A stretch of DNA of 64,000 nt, from IMG/VR virus record IMGVR_UViG_3300024988_000006. One strand, 5' to 3'. Below are positions 9,463 to 18,292 of this stretch, piece by piece. A program made the translations under genes and the position numbers. The number at the start of each line of letters is the position of its first letter. Positions within the stretch are counted from its first letter, which is position 1. The DNA comes from a virus. Under the pieces are notes generated by a model that was given only the letters and a program-made list of their open reading frames with translations, ran no database searches and was not told the origin of the DNA.

Positions 9463-9502
9463 CTCCCCAGTGTTTGTTATAAATAAACGAAATATTGGGG
9501 AG
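9463..9502 (+). promoter_or_regulatory. Late promoter TATAAATA (9478-9485) inside an SD-sequestering hairpin
   Basis: CTCCCCAGTGTTT pairs with AAATATTGGGGAG; the right arm carries the SD. Confidence 0.7.
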
Positions 9503-9508
9503 ATTTTT

Positions 9509-9991
9509 ATGAAATGTTTGGGTATAGACCAATCATACACTAGTACTGGATTAGTGCTGATCGAAGATGATGAAGTAATACATTTTCACAAGGCCACAAG
9601 TGACAAATCAAAAGATGTATTCGATCGTTGTTGGGATATTGTTTCTCAAATTCGTCAATACGCTCTTGAACATAAACCTGATCATGTTGCTATAGAAGGT
9701 CTTGCTTTTGGTATGACAGGTAATGCCACAAGAGACCTTGCTGGGCTACAGTTTGCTATTATCACCGTAATGAAAAATATCGATCTTATAAATATCGATA
9801 TCGTCACACCACTTTCATTAAAAAAATTTGCTACCAATGATGGGAAGGCTAAAAAGGATGACATGATGAAGGCCCTTCCAGAAAATGTAATGAGTTTATT
9901 TAAAGATAAGGGGTTCAAGAAAACAACAGGCCTAGCAGATTTAACGGATGCGTATTTTCTTGCCAAATTTATTCAACACAACAATAAATAA
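9509..9991 (+). CDS. RuvC-like Holliday junction resolvase
   Basis: LGIDQSYTSTG, VAIEG, LKKFATNDGKAKKDDM, DLTDAY. Start revised to ATG 9509 (GGGGAG SD). Confidence 0.8.
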   Translation: MKCLGIDQSYTSTGLVLIEDDEVIHFHKATSDKSKDVFDRCWDIVSQIRQYALEHKPDHVAIEGLAFGMTGNATRDLAGLQFAIITVMKNIDLINIDIVTPLSLKKFATNDGKAKKDDMMKALPENVMSLFKDKGFKKTTGLADLTDAYFLAKFIQHNNK

Positions 9992-10012
9992 TTAAACAAT
10001 AGGAGATTTACA

Positions 10013-10468
10013 ATGTCATTACTTAAAGAATTAGCTAAAAACATTCACGAAGCAGATGAGTTTGCTTTCGGCGGAGGCGCCATGAATACTGATCAACCAA
10101 CCACGACGCCAGGTGGACAGGACGAGTTTGGTTCACCAAGCCCAGCAGACGATGTAGATACACCATCGGATGATATGGGTGATGAAAATCCAGAAGACTC
10201 GGTTGCAATGGATGTTCCTTTATTGATTCGTATCATGGAGTGGGCACACGAAGATGCTCAAAGTGATGTTGAGTTGCACAAAGTTACAGAAAATCTTGTT
10301 GCTATGGCGGCCGAAGGTAGAACATTAACCATGGATGATTATGATGCTGCTCTTGAGGGTGTTGGTCAAGATGAAGACGATGATGGTTATGGTGATAAGG
10401 GTTCTATGCCTGATGTTGATAGTGTGCCTACAGACACAGACCCAGGTGCTCCGGACGACACCATGTAA
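10013..10468 (+). CDS. Acidic hypothetical protein, possible internal head protein
   Basis: AGGAG SD; D/E-rich flanks around a folded-looking core MDVPLLIRIMEWAHED...LTMDDYD. Confidence 0.6.
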   Translation: MSLLKELAKNIHEADEFAFGGGAMNTDQPTTTPGGQDEFGSPSPADDVDTPSDDMGDENPEDSVAMDVPLLIRIMEWAHEDAQSDVELHKVTENLVAMAAEGRTLTMDDYDAALEGVGQDEDDDGYGDKGSMPDVDSVPTDTDPGAPDDTM

Positions 10469-10487
10469 AAGTCATTAATAAGTAAGT

Positions 10488-10533
10488 AAAAAGGTCAACA
10501 TTTGTTGACCTTTTTTTATTTTGTGAATACAAT
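10488..10533 (+). promoter_or_regulatory. Terminator hairpin fused to a sigma70 promoter
   Basis: AAAAAGGTCAAC-ATTT-GTTGACCTTTTTTT; TTGACC (10505)-17 nt-TACAAT. Confidence 0.65.
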
Positions 10534-10561
10534 AAAATCATCTGAATTATTTGGAGTCATA

Positions 10562-10861
10562 ATGAATCCGAACTCAACCCATGTGGAACTGCAGTGGACT
10601 GATAGTATGTATGCTACTGTTTTGCTCCATGCTGCAAAAAACGATTGTGGAGTACTTACGCCGAATCCACATCAGCTAGTATTGTTGGATGTCTCCACAG
10701 AAGATTTAGCGTGGAAACTGTTAAATTGCTTTATTCACCATCGTGAAAATGGTGTATTTCCATCCACAGTGTCACTGCCTTGTGGCACTAAATTAGACGT
10801 AGCTTTGTGGGTTCCTCTCTCTCTGATGCATTGTTTACAGTTGTTGAAGTTTATCAGTTAG
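10562..10861 (+). CDS. Hypothetical protein
   Basis: Start revised to ATG 10562 after a GGAG SD, downstream of the promoter. Confidence 0.5.
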   Translation: MNPNSTHVELQWTDSMYATVLLHAAKNDCGVLTPNPHQLVLLDVSTEDLAWKLLNCFIHHRENGVFPSTVSLPCGTKLDVALWVPLSLMHCLQLLKFIS

Positions 10862-10885
10862 GTATGCCTGTTATAATTGATTGAA

Positions 10886-10915
10886 TATAAATACTCCAAA
10901 TACAATAGGAGTATT
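10886..10915 (+). promoter_or_regulatory. Late promoter TATAAATA overlapping an SD-sequestering hairpin
   Basis: AATACTCC (10890-10897) and GGAGTATT (10908-10915) form a perfect 8-bp stem. Confidence 0.65.
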
Positions 10916-10918
10916 AGC

Positions 10919-11425
10919 ATGTTACTAACCGAAATAACAAAAGTTGTTACAGTAGATTCGTTATTCGAACAGATTCAGCGAGAGTTTATTCGTGATATGT
11001 CAATTCTTTCAGAAGTGACATATAATTCTGACGGCTCAATAGCTTGGGAACCGCCAACGCCTGCTGAAAAGGCACAAGCAAGTAATATTGTGCAGCGTCA
11101 CCAAGCTGGGCCATCATCACAAGAAATTCGTCAAAAACAGTTATTGGACGCAACACCTGTACCGGGTGATTTTGTTTTCTTCCCCGATACCAAAACGTCG
11201 GGAATCATCATGAAATTGGATCAAAACACGGGCGTTGTTGATGTGATGAACAAAGACAGAAAACCAATGGGCTCGTTTAACATCAGAGACATGAAAATGA
11301 CTGGTAGATCAAATACTCCATATAAAACCGTATACGGAATGTTTAGAAACTCCATCGTTAGACCCATTGCTCCCCCCGACACCATGGTTAAACGATTTGT
11401 TGTTGGTGGGGGTGTAAACATCTAA
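10919..11425 (+). CDS. Hypothetical late protein
   Basis: Start revised to MLLTEIT at 10919 (GGAG SD). Confidence 0.55.
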   Translation: MLLTEITKVVTVDSLFEQIQREFIRDMSILSEVTYNSDGSIAWEPPTPAEKAQASNIVQRHQAGPSSQEIRQKQLLDATPVPGDFVFFPDTKTSGIIMKLDQNTGVVDVMNKDRKPMGSFNIRDMKMTGRSNTPYKTVYGMFRNSIVRPIAPPDTMVKRFVVGGGVNI

Positions 11426-11437
11426 CATCAACCAACT

Positions 11438-11481
11438 CAAAAAAGGTCACGTGTTGACCTTTTTTTGTTTTTGGGTATAAT
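11438..11481 (+). promoter_or_regulatory. Terminator hairpin fused to a sigma70 promoter
   Basis: AAAAAGGTCACGTGTTGACCTTTTTTT; TTGACC (11454)-16 nt-TATAAT. Confidence 0.65.
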
Positions 11482-11514
11482 GATGTACATATTCAACTCC
11501 ACCTGGAGAACAAC

Positions 11515-12006
11515 ATGTTTAAATGGTACGCTAATTATTGTAAAAGTCGTCCTGCAGCACTCAGAATGTTCTACAGCTTCTCAGGCGAAGAAGCACCGGA
11601 AGACCGTTGGAGCCATTTGGATAAACCCAAACCCCCAAAAACCGGATTTCAAATGTCACATGGTGAAGTTCTTGGTGCTGTTATCGGATCGGCGGGTATA
11701 AGTGCTTGGGCCAAAAACGTTGGTCGGAGTTCGAGTAATATCATCAACGATACCGCTCAAGAAACCGGTAACATAATTGCGATTATTATTGGTATATGGT
11801 TTACGATTAGCATCGCTGACGGTTTGTTGCGGTTGCCGTATTTCCTGGTGACCCAACCAGTAGCGACCGTAAAAGCATTGCGTAAGTGGCTGATTGTGCG
11901 GTTTGGCGATACACACCCACCACTTGTGGTTTTGTGGTGGATTTTGGTCCCAGCCCTTATCCTTAATGCGTTTGGTCTCTTGGATTGGCTTGGTAAATAC
12001 TTCTAA
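11515..12006 (+). CDS. Hypothetical membrane protein
   Basis: GGAG SD; about three hydrophobic segments. Confidence 0.6.
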   Translation: MFKWYANYCKSRPAALRMFYSFSGEEAPEDRWSHLDKPKPPKTGFQMSHGEVLGAVIGSAGISAWAKNVGRSSSNIINDTAQETGNIIAIIIGIWFTISIADGLLRLPYFLVTQPVATVKALRKWLIVRFGDTHPPLVVLWWILVPALILNAFGLLDWLGKYF

Positions 12007-12023
12007 AAATAGGTGATGATGGT

Positions 12024-12779
12024 TTAATCTAACGACAAATCTTCATCACCTATTTTTTTACGATATTTGATTAGTTTTTCGATATACCCATTGTTGCGCA
12101 ATGTTTTAAAGGCGATATTTTCTACAGAAAATTCTCCTCCACTCGCTAGTCCTGCTTTACGCATATTCCAAATCTTATCTGTTACTTTCTGAACAGATTG
12201 TTTATCATCAACCTTATCGTCAATGATTTCATCAATTAACGACATCATTTCTGCAGCTTTAATTTTGGTTGCATACTTATCAATTTTGGCGTTGTCCTTC
12301 TTCATTACAGGCTTTTCTGCCCACTTGTCGTCTTTTATACTAAAAATGCCAGTAGCAACAAGATTTTCATCTGCCAATTGAACATAAACTTCAACTGGAT
12401 ATCCATAAATTGTGATATCATGTTGTTCATTCCACAACGTTTTCTTTGCTTTAAAAAATTCTTCAATTTTAAACTTACAAGGTTTACCTTCTTTGGATGT
12501 TACATTGGCGATTAAATGCAGATCAATATCAGATTGTGGTGTGTAATTGTAGTTTGCTAAACTGCCAGTGAAAATGATATCTTTGATATCCATTTCAGGT
12601 GTTTCTAAGAATTCTTCAAACTCTTTTGCAATTTTTAACAATGCTTTGCGCACTTTAGGGTCCAAGTCCCCATTACGTGACCAAATGTCTGAATTCAATT
12701 CCGTGTGGTATTGAAATTTAATCTCCACTTTATGTGGGGATACTTCATTTAAAAGGTATTCTTTAAAGCCAATCTTCAT
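12024..12779 (-). CDS. Pol-beta-superfamily nucleotidyltransferase
   Basis: FTGSLANYNY...SDIDLHL...PVEVYVQ (GS, DxD and third acidic residue). Start at MKIGFKEYLLNE. Confidence 0.75.
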   Translation of the reverse strand: MKIGFKEYLLNEVSPHKVEIKFQYHTELNSDIWSRNGDLDPKVRKALLKIAKEFEEFLETPEMDIKDIIFTGSLANYNYTPQSDIDLHLIANVTSKEGKPCKFKIEEFFKAKKTLWNEQHDITIYGYPVEVYVQLADENLVATGIFSIKDDKWAEKPVMKKDNAKIDKYATKIKAAEMMSLIDEIIDDKVDDKQSVQKVTDKIWNMRKAGLASGGEFSVENIAFKTLRNNGYIEKLIKYRKKIGDEDLSLD

Positions 12780-12799
12780 GCACATTCTCCATTTCGGAG

Positions 12800-12841
12800 T
12801 ATTTATCAGCAGTTGATTTAAGTTTTGAATTATTGTAAGAT
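12800..12841. promoter_or_regulatory. Divergent late (GATAAATA, minus) and sigma70 (TTGATT-17-TAAGAT, plus) promoters
   Basis: Minus-strand GATAAATA at 12800-12807; plus-strand -35 at 12813 and -10 at 12836. Confidence 0.5.
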
Positions 12842-12868
12842 GGTCACCTAAATTATATAGAGGTATTC

Positions 12869-14458
12869 ATGTCTGACGAAATTCTAAAATATTGGCCCGT
12901 TGAAAGCCCTCCACGCGAAAATCAAGTCAAGGCGTTTGAGTGGTTGGAAAAACAAACAGCCAAATACATATTGCTTCAAGCTCCTGTTGGAGTTGGTAAA
13001 TCCCTCATTGGTTTAACATACTCACGATACCTTAATCAAGGTAAAGGGGATTCCTTTATACTGACCCCCCAAATCATTCTTCAGAAACAATACGAAGATT
13101 CGTGTAGCAGTGATATGTTGGCTTCTTTGTACGGCAAGGGAAATTACAAATGTGCCAATCGCAACACCACATGTGATGTAGGAAGCTTGGTTAAACCAAG
13201 ATGTGACAATTGTCCAGCCGCTGCTGCAAAGTCTCGTGCAAAAATTGCACCAAACGTTGTGCTAAACTACAAACTCGCTATGCTAAGTTTCGTTTATACG
13301 CAAACATTTAGAAAACGTGGTTTAATGATTCTTGATGAATGCCATAACACAGAGAGTGAACTAACCGAAATCGATGCTGTACAAATTTTTGCGAAACGGT
13401 GCGAGCGTTATAACATTCCGTGGAAGGCACACACTGATATCGTATCGGCTATAAATTGGGTTAGCGACAAATATCTTCCGGTTATGGATAAAAAACTGCA
13501 AGCATTAATGGACGAATGTGAAGAATTAATCGATAAAGGTACCAACGGACGTCATGTGTTACCTGCTGAGATTAACAAACTTCGTGAAATGAATGCTCTT
13601 GTTGAGCACATTCAGGGACTTACAGACATTATAACCGAAGGAATGGATTCGCTCCAGAAGAATTGGTGTTTGATTTTTGACAAGAACTCCATCAAGTTTA
13701 AACGATTGTATGGTGCCCACAGCTTTGAGCATATTCTACAACCGATGGCGGATAGATTCTTGTTCATGTCGTCTACCATTCTCAACCCCAAAAGTTTCTG
13801 TAGAGATTTGGGTATTAATCCCGACGAAGCAGCATTCCTATCATTAGAGTCAGATTTCCCTGCAGAAAATCGACCCGTTGTATACATGCCGCAAATGAAA
13901 ATGACTGTCAATTGGAATAGTGATGAAAATGTTGGCAATCGTAAAAATATGATTAACACCATTAAACAACTCATGGAATTGAATAAGGATCATTCAGGTA
14001 TTATTCACACAGGAAACTTCGCGATTGCAAAGTGGTTAACGGAGCAATTAGAAGACCAAATCCCTCATGAGATATTACATCACAATCCTGAAAGTGGAGA
14101 CGACAGGAACCAAATTATCAAAATATTTCAATCAACCAAAAAGCCGGCGTTGTTAATATCCCCAAGCATCACAGAGGGATTGGATTTGATCAATGATTTG
14201 GCACGATTTGCGATCATTGTAAAGATTCCTTACGGATTTTTGGGCGATCAATGGATCAAGCGCCGCATGGAAATATCGTCAGAATGGTACCAGCGACAAG
14301 CTATTGTTGATATTATTCAAGGAGCAGGCCGAGTTGTACGGTCAAAGGATGATTGGGGTCATGTATACATCCTAGATAGTTCGTGGGGATATCTGTATAC
14401 TCAAACAAAAGGAATTATTCCTGATTGGTGGCACGACGGATATCATGTAGTTAAATAA
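12869..14458 (+). CDS. DinG/XPD-like SF2 helicase
   Basis: APVGVGKS, GKGNYKC..C..C..CP (possible Fe-S ligands), LDECH, SSTI, TEGLDL, QGAGRVVRSKDD. Confidence 0.85.
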   Translation: MSDEILKYWPVESPPRENQVKAFEWLEKQTAKYILLQAPVGVGKSLIGLTYSRYLNQGKGDSFILTPQIILQKQYEDSCSSDMLASLYGKGNYKCANRNTTCDVGSLVKPRCDNCPAAAAKSRAKIAPNVVLNYKLAMLSFVYTQTFRKRGLMILDECHNTESELTEIDAVQIFAKRCERYNIPWKAHTDIVSAINWVSDKYLPVMDKKLQALMDECEELIDKGTNGRHVLPAEINKLREMNALVEHIQGLTDIITEGMDSLQKNWCLIFDKNSIKFKRLYGAHSFEHILQPMADRFLFMSSTILNPKSFCRDLGINPDEAAFLSLESDFPAENRPVVYMPQMKMTVNWNSDENVGNRKNMINTIKQLMELNKDHSGIIHTGNFAIAKWLTEQLEDQIPHEILHHNPESGDDRNQIIKIFQSTKKPALLISPSITEGLDLINDLARFAIIVKIPYGFLGDQWIKRRMEISSEWYQRQAIVDIIQGAGRVVRSKDDWGHVYILDSSWGYLYTQTKGIIPDWWHDGYHVVK

Positions 14459-14482
14459 AAAAGGCCCATGATGGGCCTTTTT
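14457..14482. terminator. Bidirectional intrinsic terminator between convergent genes
   Basis: AAAAAAGGCCCATGATGGGCCTTTTT. Confidence 0.8.
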
Positions 14483-14711
14483 AATATACAGGATGTGGAT
14501 TTTTTGATTCTACCTTAAATCGTTTGTCCAGAAACTCTGAAATCATTTGTCGTTCAGCATACGACATATTCATCATTTCGGTGTAAGACACCGCGCCGCG
14601 CATAAAGTATATTAACGACAAGACCGACTCCATAATGGCCTCGACTTCGTTGTTTAAACTTTTAAATAACTTCCTCACAGCATCGCGGTCACCACTCCTA
14701 ATTACCGTGTA
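14481..14711 (-). CDS. gp51-like baseplate hub/tail assembly protein, possibly made as a -1 frameshift extension of the upstream gene
   Basis: MRGAVSYTEMMNMSYAERQMISEFL resembles short gp51-type ORFs. The frame is open through the U8 run; an alternative own start is ATG ~14633 after GAGG. Confidence 0.6.
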   Translation of the reverse strand, partial: YTVIRSGDRDAVRKLFKSLNNEVEAIMESVLSLIYFMRGAVSYTEMMNMSYAERQMISEFLDKRFKVESKNPHPVY

Positions 14712-15508
14712 AAAAAAACTAGTGGGTTTAACGGAACACTGATTTCGACCTCCTGCCCACAATCTTGACACGTTGTTTTAAATTCTGTTGTTGGACCCCA
14801 ATCACTACTTTTATCCACCGCTTCTTTGATTTGATCAAACCACATTGTTTGGATGGTTGTTGCCCACTCCATAATAAAATCTTTATCTGTAACTTCATCA
14901 ACCGAAGCGATGACACTCACAACTGTTTTAAACAGCTCCCGCTGAATTTGTTCAGCGGAATGATCATCCATGCTCATACTACTAACTTGCATCATGCTCA
15001 TAATATTGTCAAACTTTACGGGGTGTAACTTGACAACTTGTCCGTTTGGTAGCGTTACGGTGTAAAGACTGTTTATGGTTGTTGGGTCAATCTGTTTGGC
15101 TGAATTAATAAATTTGGTCAACGTCGTGGTATATTCATGACTTTTTGAATCTTTACAACCATGATCAAAAGTCACCGTAATAGTATCACCATAAGTAACT
15201 TTACGCAAACACAACATTAGATAATCAACATCTTTTGCAAACAATTGCCCAGGTTTGATAACTTGAGGCATACACTTTACAAAAACTTCCGTAATTGCCT
15301 TACCATTAATGATTTTATCAGGGCTTTTCATGACAATTTCATCTAGGGCTGTTAAGGGATTTACCTGAACTTCACCACCGGTAACTGAAGAATCAAGTTC
15401 ACCATCTTTGTAAAACAAACCGCCCGATGGCAACCTAAAGGTTTCCCCAGGAATAACAACACGTTCCAGCAAGGGATTAACAGGACGTGGCATATCTGTA
15501 TTATTCAT
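14702..15508 (-). CDS. gp26: gp26-like baseplate hub assembly protein
   Basis: RLPSGG, DVDYLMLCLRKVTYGD, two Cys/His pairs (HGC..H; CQDCG). Start revised to 15508 (GGAG SD). Confidence 0.7.
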   Translation of the reverse strand: MNNTDMPRPVNPLLERVVIPGETFRLPSGGLFYKDGELDSSVTGGEVQVNPLTALDEIVMKSPDKIINGKAITEVFVKCMPQVIKPGQLFAKDVDYLMLCLRKVTYGDTITVTFDHGCKDSKSHEYTTTLTKFINSAKQIDPTTINSLYTVTLPNGQVVKLHPVKFDNIMSMMQVSSMSMDDHSAEQIQRELFKTVVSVIASVDEVTDKDFIMEWATTIQTMWFDQIKEAVDKSSDWGPTTEFKTTCQDCGQEVEISVPLNPLVFFTR

Positions 15509-15630
15509 ATTTGTCTCCATTATAAACAATATTTCTCATTAATTATATATGAGATAAACACAACGCGGTTTTCAACCCACCGTTTAGGTAATAAATAACA
15601 TTAACATCAAACTCTCAAGGATAATACAAC

Positions 15631-18210
15631 ATGGCAGATCTATCGTCGGAACAAATGGCAGCACTTAATAGATTTTTGGGCACATTGACCAATTCTGCTG
15701 GTGCTGTAAGTCGTGGTATGAACGACCTGAATGATGTCGTTAATAGACGCGTGCGTGCCGAAAAGGCCGACGCATTATTAGTTGATAAGATGAGTAAGAG
15801 CAAGAAGGTTTACATTGACCGCATTGCTGAAATGAATAAGACATTATCGGGTGCAAACAGCAAGATGTCAATATTCGCTGGCTCAATCCACCTAGCTGAC
15901 AAGGGGTTCAACAAACTATTAACGTCTTCAGACGTCACAGCTGATTATTTACAAAACAGATTTCCTAAAGAAATAGAAAAGGGATTGTCGTCATTCGTTT
16001 CAAAAACGGGTGTTGCTATTAATGATTTCAGAGATGTGATGCGTCTACAAGATATTAGTAGTGAAACAAAGCGATTAGTAGAGGGATTTGCTGATGGCAC
16101 CCGTACACAATATCATCATGTCAAAGAATATATGGATTTACTGGGTGATGCTGGGACATCGATAACCAAGATGGCAGGAATGTCAGGAATCGCCGCTGCT
16201 GAGTTTAAAGATTTAACTAATAAAGTGGAGCAGGCTCGTAAAGGTACAGTGGAGCGCGACCAAGCCGAAGCTGCTGTGTCTAAGTTTGTTGTATCCAACC
16301 AAGATAAACTTGCTAAGTCCGCAATCAAATTGTCAGCAACATTAGCAGAAGTTGCCGATGAATCCAACCATCGCAGTAAGTTTGTTGCTGCGCATTGGGA
16401 TGCAGTAGAGGCACAGGGCAAATTTGGCAAGCTCATAGGTACACATATGCGACCTGGCGGAGGCGGAATTCCAACTGCGCTGCGCGCATTAGAGATTTCC
16501 GCTGTAAGTGCATCATATAATTTAGTACGTTCATTTGGTTCAAAGGCCATGACTGAGCTTATGGATATGGCTCGCACAGGCATGCAAAAAGGTGTTGAGC
16601 CATTTCCGAAGATAGCTGCACAATTGCGTATGTCTGGTAAAGATTACCAGGAGATTATGGCAACCAACAAACAAGCTGTAGCATCGTCTATCGGAGGATA
16701 TACCACCTTTAATGATCTTATGATTAAACACAATGCTGAATATATGGATATTACAGGTAAAGATCCGGTTCTTGCTGGAAAAACAGCAGCGGGCGCTATC
16801 ACATTAATGAAGAGTTTTTCTGGTGCTGCAATGACTACCAAAGAAGTATCTAGTGGTATGACGGATATATCCCAAGATATGGGTAAAATGAGGGATATTT
16901 TTGGCATGACCGCTCAAGACACATTAGAGATGAACAAGCGTATCATGGAGAGTGCCGGCATTCAAGAAAATATCATCAGAATGAATAAGGAAGAACGTGC
17001 TGCGTTACGTACGAGTATCAATGCTCGAGTTGAAGAATATGGTTTAATGGGGTTATCAGCAAAAAAGGCCGAAGAGTTAGTTACACTTACCCAGAAAGCA
17101 TTGGGAATAAAGAGTCCAAAAGACATTGTTCGTGATTCTATGAAAGCAGCCCAATACGCATCACAAGTTGGCTTGGGGGGCCGAGATGCTCAGATGATGG
17201 CTGCTTTGTTACGTAAAAGGGCTACTGTTGGTTTAACTGGCGAAGAAGGTAAACAGTTGGAAGGATATGCAAACCAAGTCGCTAAATTAGAGATGAGTAT
17301 GCAAAAACGCCAAGCTGGAATGGATGAAGGTGGTCAGCTAGCCTTGCAGGGCATGCGTTCACACTTCGATCAAGCTATGGGAGTGGATGAAAAAAGAATT
17401 ATTGCTAGCCAAAAAGAGGTAGAAATGGCGAAGGGCTTAGCTGCTCAGGGCGGGAAGGCTTTAGGTGCAGGTAAGGGTGGCGTGATGGCAACTGGTGGCA
17501 CATTGCTTGATGTAAAAAATGCAATAGATACCCTAAATTCTAATGTTACAGGCACATGGGCCTTTTGGGGTGCTGCTATTGTTGGCGCCATTACGGTTTC
17601 TACTATAGGTACGAAGGGTGTTAAAGACATCCTCTCTAAAGGTCTCGGTGGAATTGAAAAAATGGGCGGAAGAACAGCAAAAGATTTGCTTACCGGAACA
17701 GCAGATGTTGTTAAATCCAGTAAAACTCTTGGCTCTATTGGTGGTGTGTTAAAAGGAGCTGCTAGTCTAAAAGGTGGTTTGGTTGGTGCTGCTTTGGGTA
17801 TTGGTAGTCAGTTTCTTCCCGAAGACTCGACCGCCGGTAAATTATTACAATCTAAAACTGCTCAAGGCGCCATGTGGGGGTCTATGTTGGGTCCTATGGG
17901 CGCTTTGGCGGGTGGCGCAATAGGTGGGGCGTGGGATTTGTATGATTATGCAACATCGCCTACAGCTCCTAACCAAACCCCACCAGAGATGGCGGCATCC
18001 GTACAAGCCGAGACAAAGAAAAAGCATGAAGACCGGCAAGAAAAAACTGTGGACATTAACCAATTAATGCTAACACAATTACAACAATCCAATATGAAAT
18101 TGGATAATGTTACCAAAACTTTACAAGAGGGTAACGAGCTGTATGCTATGACAGAAGAAGAGAAAAAAGCTCTAATTGCAAAACGTAAAGTTAGTACAAT
18201 GAGGGGATAA
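15631..18210 (+). CDS. Probable tape measure protein
   Basis: 859 aa, Ala/Gly/Met-rich and helical with a GALAGGAIG-type C-terminal region; sits beside the chaperone pair and portal. Confidence 0.65.
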   Translation: MADLSSEQMAALNRFLGTLTNSAGAVSRGMNDLNDVVNRRVRAEKADALLVDKMSKSKKVYIDRIAEMNKTLSGANSKMSIFAGSIHLADKGFNKLLTSSDVTADYLQNRFPKEIEKGLSSFVSKTGVAINDFRDVMRLQDISSETKRLVEGFADGTRTQYHHVKEYMDLLGDAGTSITKMAGMSGIAAAEFKDLTNKVEQARKGTVERDQAEAAVSKFVVSNQDKLAKSAIKLSATLAEVADESNHRSKFVAAHWDAVEAQGKFGKLIGTHMRPGGGGIPTALRALEISAVSASYNLVRSFGSKAMTELMDMARTGMQKGVEPFPKIAAQLRMSGKDYQEIMATNKQAVASSIGGYTTFNDLMIKHNAEYMDITGKDPVLAGKTAAGAITLMKSFSGAAMTTKEVSSGMTDISQDMGKMRDIFGMTAQDTLEMNKRIMESAGIQENIIRMNKEERAALRTSINARVEEYGLMGLSAKKAEELVTLTQKALGIKSPKDIVRDSMKAAQYASQVGLGGRDAQMMAALLRKRATVGLTGEEGKQLEGYANQVAKLEMSMQKRQAGMDEGGQLALQGMRSHFDQAMGVDEKRIIASQKEVEMAKGLAAQGGKALGAGKGGVMATGGTLLDVKNAIDTLNSNVTGTWAFWGAAIVGAITVSTIGTKGVKDILSKGLGGIEKMGGRTAKDLLTGTADVVKSSKTLGSIGGVLKGAASLKGGLVGAALGIGSQFLPEDSTAGKLLQSKTAQGAMWGSMLGPMGALAGGAIGGAWDLYDYATSPTAPNQTPPEMAASVQAETKKKHEDRQEKTVDINQLMLTQLQQSNMKLDNVTKTLQEGNELYAMTEEEKKALIAKRKVSTMRG

Positions 18211-18254
18211 CAACTATACCCTTTATTTCTCAACAATAAATATGTAATTCACCT

Positions 18255-18262
18255 TATAAATA
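18255..18262 (+). promoter_or_regulatory. Late promoter TATAAATA (portal)
   Basis: Exact consensus 30 nt before ATG 18293. Confidence 0.7.
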
Positions 18263-18292
18263 GAATAAACATATTTGAATAGAGATGACTTT

